Of a DNA stretch of 64,000 bases, positions 59,750 to 64,000 are shown in pieces. Below the pieces are notes generated by a model that saw only the letters and a program-made list of their open reading frames with translations, ran no database searches and was not told the origin of the DNA. The stretch lies in the IMG/VR virus record IMGVR_UViG_3300042975_000096; one strand, written 5' to 3'. The position numbers and the translations under genes are program-made. Within the stretch, counting starts at the first letter, position 1, and each line of letters opens with the position of its first letter. Source of the stretch: a virus (taxonomy: Duplodnaviria; Caudoviricetes).

Positions 59750-60978
59750 TATTTACAATCCCCATTTCCAATTTTCATTTCAAGCACTTTATTTTGTAAT
59801 GCTTTAATTTTTAAATTACGAACAAACGCTTTAATATCACTTGTTTTTTTCATGTGTGATGGAATTGAAATGTTAACCGAATTAACTAATTTGAAAATCG
59901 GTTCTTCCAAAAACCATGCAACATTATTTGAATCAGCATTCACAATTTGTCTAAATCCTTCTCTATCAATGTTTTTATGTTTCATTTCAGTCAACATATC
60001 CACAATTTTACCAAGGTTCTTCATGTTAATCACTCGCATGTGATAATTTGAAGTAAATTTTGCCATTGTTTTCCATTTATTCAAATACGTCTGTGGTAAT
60101 GATTCAATCAAATCAACTCCTACAACGTCATGTCCTCTATATGGTGCTTCAAGCGCACCCTTGCCAATATCATGTGTTAATGCAGAAAACCTCACACAAA
60201 CGTCATTATTGACCTGCGAAACCTTATCCAAAATCAACATGGTATGTTCAAATGCATCACCTTCAGGATGCCATTTCCTTGACTGCTCTTTGCCAATCAA
60301 ATTAAATACAAATGGAAATGTAACATCTAATAAATCCGCTTCTTTCAAAATTCTAAAAAAAGTTGAAGGTTTATCTGTACTTAAAGCCTTTATTAATTCC
60401 GTAACAAAACGCTCATTAGATTCCTTTGCCAATTCTTCTTTGCATAATTTCATTTGTTCCATTGTACTTGAATCGACCGAAAATCCAAATTGTGTAGCCT
60501 GTCTTGCAACCCTCAACGCTCTTACAGGGTCTTCGCTGAAATGATAGGATACATGCCTAATCACCTTGCGTTTAATATCCTCCATACCATTAAACAAGTC
60601 CACAATTTCGCCTGTGAGAACGTTTTTAGCCATTGCATTAATAGTTGTGTCACGTCTGATTAAATCATCCTGCAAGGTAATAGAAGGGTCAAAAAAAATC
60701 TTAAACCCTGTGTAGCCAAATCCTGTTTTGCGTTCTTTTCTTGCGAATGCAACTTCCATTTCTTCGCCGTCAAATTCCATTCTATATACAGGAAAAGAAT
60801 TTCCCATATATGTTGCATTAGGAAACCGTTTATTAAAATCAGATTCTTTAACTCCACAAATCATTAAATCATAATCATGTGGAATTCTTTTCATGATTTC
60901 ATCCCTAACACATCCACCAACAAAATATGCAGTTCCATGCAATTCTTTAATTATATTTGCAAACTCAATAACATTCAT
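59749..60978 (-). CDS. cca: CCA-adding tRNA nucleotidyltransferase with HD domain (multifunctional CCA type)
   Basis: YFVGGCVRD..HDYD, E.A.AR.E, DDL.RRD.TINAMA, F.EDP.R.LR.AR, HPEGD.F.H, HDIGK; start at the RBS-preceded MNVIEF. Confidence 0.92.
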   Translation of the reverse strand: MNVIEFANIIKELHGTAYFVGGCVRDEIMKRIPHDYDLMICGVKESDFNKRFPNATYMGNSFPVYRMEFDGEEMEVAFARKERKTGFGYTGFKIFFDPSITLQDDLIRRDTTINAMAKNVLTGEIVDLFNGMEDIKRKVIRHVSYHFSEDPVRALRVARQATQFGFSVDSSTMEQMKLCKEELAKESNERFVTELIKALSTDKPSTFFRILKEADLLDVTFPFVFNLIGKEQSRKWHPEGDAFEHTMLILDKVSQVNNDVCVRFSALTHDIGKGALEAPYRGHDVVGVDLIESLPQTYLNKWKTMAKFTSNYHMRVINMKNLGKIVDMLTEMKHKNIDREGFRQIVNADSNNVAWFLEEPIFKLVNSVNISIPSHMKKTSDIKAFVRNLKIKALQNKVLEMKIGNGDCK

Positions 60979-61116
60979 TTCTCTCACCTCTATTATAAAT
61001 AATATCATATTTACATTGTTTTGTCAATGTATTTTTAATAGCACCGTTAAATTTCAGAATATTTAGAAACAAAATCATCGATAAAAAAATAAGAGGGAAA
61101 TATCCCCCTTACTTTT

Positions 61117-61684
61117 TTATTCAACGCTGAATTTAGCTTGATGTGCATTTTCTGGAACAAAAATCACACACTCTTTCCATTGGTCTAAAAACTCATCCTC
61201 TAAAAATTTATAGTTTGCTTTTTTGATTGTTTGCATAACTACAATATTAACATGTGGTGTAACTGTATTATCAAATCTAATGAATGTTTTATTTGCATTA
61301 TACGACTTTCTAATATATGATTCTTTACCATCTTTGATATGCTTTTCAAACACAACATATTCTGAAACCTTATTCGCACTTCCAGATATATAGCCAATAA
61401 AAAAATCATTAGAACCATTCATTTTCATTTGATAGTTGGAATCATTTTTAATGCTGATAATATCATAATCGGTTTCACTTAAAACAACATTTTCTTGTTC
61501 ACTCCAACCATATTTATTACACATTAATCCACTAAAAACCAATAACAAAAAAAATGGCAATACCTGTTTTAGCATAACGCGAATATGAACTACTCAGCCA
61601 TACTGGGTAAAAACAAAACAATAAACAGAACGCAATAAGACACATTATTGTTAATATCCAAATATCACTTGAACTAAAAACCAT
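61117..61684 (-). pseudogene. membrane protein gene with a +1 frameshift
   Basis: RBS-preceded ATG at 61684 encodes a hydrophobic N-terminus that stops near 61532; the body 61117..61575 is in another frame; a T8 run lies in the overlap. Confidence 0.55.
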
Positions 61685-61687
61685 AGT

Positions 61688-61924
61688 TTACCTCTCATTC
61701 ATATCTGGACAAAATTCATCTTCGTCCTCATCATTTCCGAACATTTTTTCCCAACACTCACCACAAGTATGAGATATAAAAAGTTCTCGTTCTTCGGCAG
61801 ACAAATTCGGAAACACGTTCTGAATCAGTTCCCCTTCTTTCCAACGTTCAATGTCTTTAGGGTTAAGGTTGAACTTGAATTCCTTACCACAATCTCTACA
61901 TTTTACTATATAAATCATTTTCAT
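61688..61924 (-). CDS. small Zn-ribbon phage protein
   Basis: CRDCG...G.LIQ..FP.LS.EERE..IS..C..CW..MF. Confidence 0.85.
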   Translation of the reverse strand: MKMIYIVKCRDCGKEFKFNLNPKDIERWKEGELIQNVFPNLSAEERELFISHTCGECWEKMFGNDEDEDEFCPDMNER

Positions 61925-61933
61925 TTCCCCTTA

Positions 61934-62134
61934 TTAATTCTGCTTATTGAAAAGCTCAATAAATTCTTCGTCATCACTTGTCATTTCAAAACTTCCGTCT
62001 ACATAATATGAATCGTTTGGAAGCTTGAAATTATCCGAATTCAAACGGAATTTTTTCATTGCTTCTTTTACAGAATCAGCTTCAATCGTAACAACCCCAG
62101 CCATTTCATAAGTTACAGGAATATTAATTTTCAT
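61934..62134 (-). CDS. hypothetical protein
   Basis: IPV.YEM.G.V.IEA.S..EA...LP....YVDGSFE. Confidence 0.8.
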   Translation of the reverse strand: MKINIPVTYEMAGVVTIEADSVKEAMKKFRLNSDNFKLPNDSYYVDGSFEMTSDDEEFIELFNKQN

Positions 62135-62305
62135 TTCAATTACCTCTTTCTTTTGTTTAACTCTTTCTTAACTCTGTACACATCATATCATGATTCTTGT
62201 TATTTGTCAACATGTTTTTTATAAAATTTATACCCTGTATTTTATAATATTCTGAAAACTTTTTCACGCCTAAAAAATGGAGGGGATTTAATCCCCTCCA
62301 CTATA

Positions 62306-62737
62306 TTAATTGTGCACTGTATAGGTCACTGACTGCTTCATATTTTCGTCCAAATCAACCGTAATATCTTTTCTCAAACAATCAAGAAAAACCTGTGATA
62401 CATATTCAATAAATTCTCGATTATAATATTTTCTTACTACGTCGTGACCAATAACCTTTACTTTAAGTTCTCTATACAAACATGGCTTTACAATAACAGT
62501 AAAATCACTCCATCCTGCATAATATCCGTTTTCGTCAAGATGGTGATATGAACTATTGATAACAAGCTTTTCACCACTTGATTTTTCTTCTACAATTTTA
62601 CACCCATTATCAAACCCAGAGCCACTTGGAAGAATATCCTCAACGTTCTCCAAACGTGTGTCCACATTAACCAAATATTCATTAGTAACAGTTTTTTTCC
62701 ACTCACACAATTTAGCGATTTCATAATACAGTTTCAT
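62306..62737 (-). CDS. conserved phage hypothetical protein
   Basis: LPSGSGFD.G...YHH.DENGYY.GW..F.V.V.P. Confidence 0.85.
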   Translation of the reverse strand: MKLYYEIAKLCEWKKTVTNEYLVNVDTRLENVEDILPSGSGFDNGCKIVEEKSSGEKLVINSSYHHLDENGYYAGWSDFTVIVKPCLYRELKVKVIGHDVVRKYYNREFIEYVSQVFLDCLRKDITVDLDENMKQSVTYTVHN

Positions 62738-62862
62738 TTTTAATTCCCTCTTTCATTTAACTTGTTGTTCTCTCAATCTCTATTATTATAATACCACACT
62801 CTTATAAATTTGTCAATAAGTTTTTTATTTTTTTTGATTGAAGTAATTCCTAAATATTCCAT

Positions 62863-63135
62863 TTATTTGATTTTAATAATTTCATAGCAACAATGGTTAA
62901 AGTAGTTAATTCCCGAATAGCCAATGCCTTTATTATCATTAACCATAATACAAGTATCCTCACCATAATTGTAATGGAACTTAAATTTAGTGGCGTTGAT
63001 TTTCCCTCCCCAAGTAAAACCCTGTTCTTCCAAATACAACATAATAGCATTGCAAATACTCTCTTTTGGAGCATGAATAACTGCTTTATGAGAAGCACAA
63101 TAATCCACAGCATTTTTGATATTCATAATTTTCAT
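62863..63135 (-). CDS. hypothetical protein
   Basis: Cassette gene with promoter and RBS. Confidence 0.75.
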   Translation of the reverse strand: MKIMNIKNAVDYCASHKAVIHAPKESICNAIMLYLEEQGFTWGGKINATKFKFHYNYGEDTCIMVNDNKGIGYSGINYFNHCCYEIIKIK

Positions 63136-63292
63136 TTTTAATTCCCTCTCTCGTTCAACTCATTCTTAACTCTATATATAGAATATCACATTTATTTGTA
63201 TTTGTCAATAAGTTTTTTACATACTTATTTTGAAATATTCTGAATTATTATAATAAGATAAATTAAAAGGAGGGGACGTTCCCTCCTTTTAA

Positions 63293-63883
63293 TCAAATAA
63301 ACTCTTTTCGTGCTTCTCCCCAGCCTTGATTAGGGTCTTGTGGCGATGGTGTATAATTATTCTTTTCTTCTTCACTTAATGAATCATAACATTTCTTATG
63401 CCAAACTGCAATCCCAGAAGCAGGTTTGGCAACTGCAAGCGGATAGTTTTTAAACAACTCATAACAATATTTGTAGAACTTATCTTTATCATTTTCCCAA
63501 AAATCAACCAGCTTTTTATCATACTCAGTTTTAACAGCAATAAAACCATGTGACATATCCATGATTTCAAATTGTTTATCGAGTCTATATATCGAAAACG
63601 CCATTCGTTTTCCATTAACAATTCTATCCGGCAAAACCTTCTGTGAATCATCCATATTAAATTCACTCTCGCAAAGTTGTTCATGGCAATTAATCCCTTC
63701 TTCACCACGAAACCTATTGTCATTTCCTTCTTCTTCTGTTACTCGCCCATAGCCGTCATAATGCCCAACTACTTTTCCTAATGTTTTGCCGTGACGAATA
63801 TGTTTCATAACGCATAATTCACCATCATTGATTGGCGTTCCACAACACTTACATATATAGCTAAAATCTCCCATGATAAACAC
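63293..63883 (-). CDS. hypothetical phage protein with Cys/His motifs
   Basis: MG.FS..C..CG..I, G.YDGYGRV, H..C, S..DP.QG. Confidence 0.85.
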   Translation of the reverse strand: MFIMGDFSYICKCCGTPINDGELCVMKHIRHGKTLGKVVGHYDGYGRVTEEEGNDNRFRGEEGINCHEQLCESEFNMDDSQKVLPDRIVNGKRMAFSIYRLDKQFEIMDMSHGFIAVKTEYDKKLVDFWENDKDKFYKYCYELFKNYPLAVAKPASGIAVWHKKCYDSLSEEEKNNYTPSPQDPNQGWGEARKEFI

Positions 63884-64000
63884 TCCTTATTCTACTGTTG
63901 CATTCGGAATAAATTTACTTCTCAAATTTGCAGGAATCTGTTTCAAATCCGCATTAAACCATAATCCCGTATGGATAATTTCTCCATTGCTTTTTGTAAC

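Larger units (their letters stand above)
1390..63208 (-). promoter_or_regulatory. more than 40 near-consensus sigma-A/sigma70 promoters (TTGACA-17/18-TGnTAT(A/T)AT), all on the minus strand
   Basis: e.g. 2501-2529, 34560-34588, 40677-40704, 45392-45421, 53926-53955; seen on the + strand as at(t/a)ata(n)ca...tgtcaa. Confidence 0.85.
33912..63245. promoter_or_regulatory. 31 dispersed copies of the 18-bp imperfect palindrome TTTCAGAATATTCTGAAA (double CodY-box-like)
   Basis: Starts at approx 33912, 33947, 34624, 36556, 37792, 38999, 39952, 40740, 41320, 42809, 44276, 45026, 45441, 46502, 47274, 47784, 49035, 49650, 50374, 52606, 53623, 54910, 55271, 55687, 56636, 57727, 58644, 59435, 61052, 62240, 63228; all intergenic. 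Confidence 0.85.

Noticed and set aside
33912-63245. 18-bp palindromes as CRISPR repeats, integron attC or dif sites
   Set aside because: Spacing is gene-sized and irregular, there is no GTTRRRY attC core or 28-bp XerC/D architecture, and no integrase is in the window. A recombination role remains only an alternative hypothesis.
206-63752. Plus-strand ORFs in the track (e.g. 9338, 9345, 20648, 41830, 43089, 60161) and nested alternative-frame minus ORFs (9371, 9845, 39275, 46564, 58869, 60660, 62850, 63376)
   Set aside because: They are antisense or alternate-frame shadows of better ORFs, with no RBS or promoter and unnatural composition.
1-64000. cas genes, tRNA/rRNA genes, alternative genetic code, self-targeting of CRISPR spacers
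   Set aside because: No Cas motifs or tRNA cloverleafs were recognised by eye, and standard code 11 gives dense full-length genes. No spacer match was spotted within the window, though this was not exhaustively searched.

Overview
This AT-rich window is densely coding, with essentially all real genes on the minus strand. It looks like an accessory/early-gene region of a large (probably jumbo) phage of a low-GC Bacillota host; a Negativicutes-like host is a weak guess from a LysM protein. No structural, packaging, rRNA or tRNA genes were recognised. Recognisable genes are an NAD-dependent DNA ligase, DUF3841, YopX, a Lar-like Zn finger, a Zn-dependent deaminase, a CCA-adding/HD enzyme, a LysM protein, an IS200/IS605 element (tnpA plus truncated tnpB) and a solo TnpB element that interrupts a lipoprotein gene. 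The window splits into two differently organised halves at a repeat- and DnaA-box-rich boundary (~32.1-33.9 kb). LEFT (1.6-32.1 kb): about 43 otherwise divergent ~100-260 aa proteins almost all end in one C-terminal tag, F-x-x-x-G-[ILV]-stop, suggesting an undescribed docking or targeting system. RIGHT (33.9-64 kb): about 30 stereotyped cassettes (consensus sigma-A promoter, GAGTTAA-repeat leader, 1-5 ORFs, intrinsic terminator) carry 31 copies of an 18-bp palindrome, TTTCAGAATATTCTGAAA. It resembles a double CodY box and sits at a near-fixed distance after the terminators. Three cas-less type I-C CRISPR loci lie among these cassettes: a leader plus two-repeat mini-array, a leader plus solitary repeat, and a crRNA-shaped 53-bp unit inserted inside a small gene.
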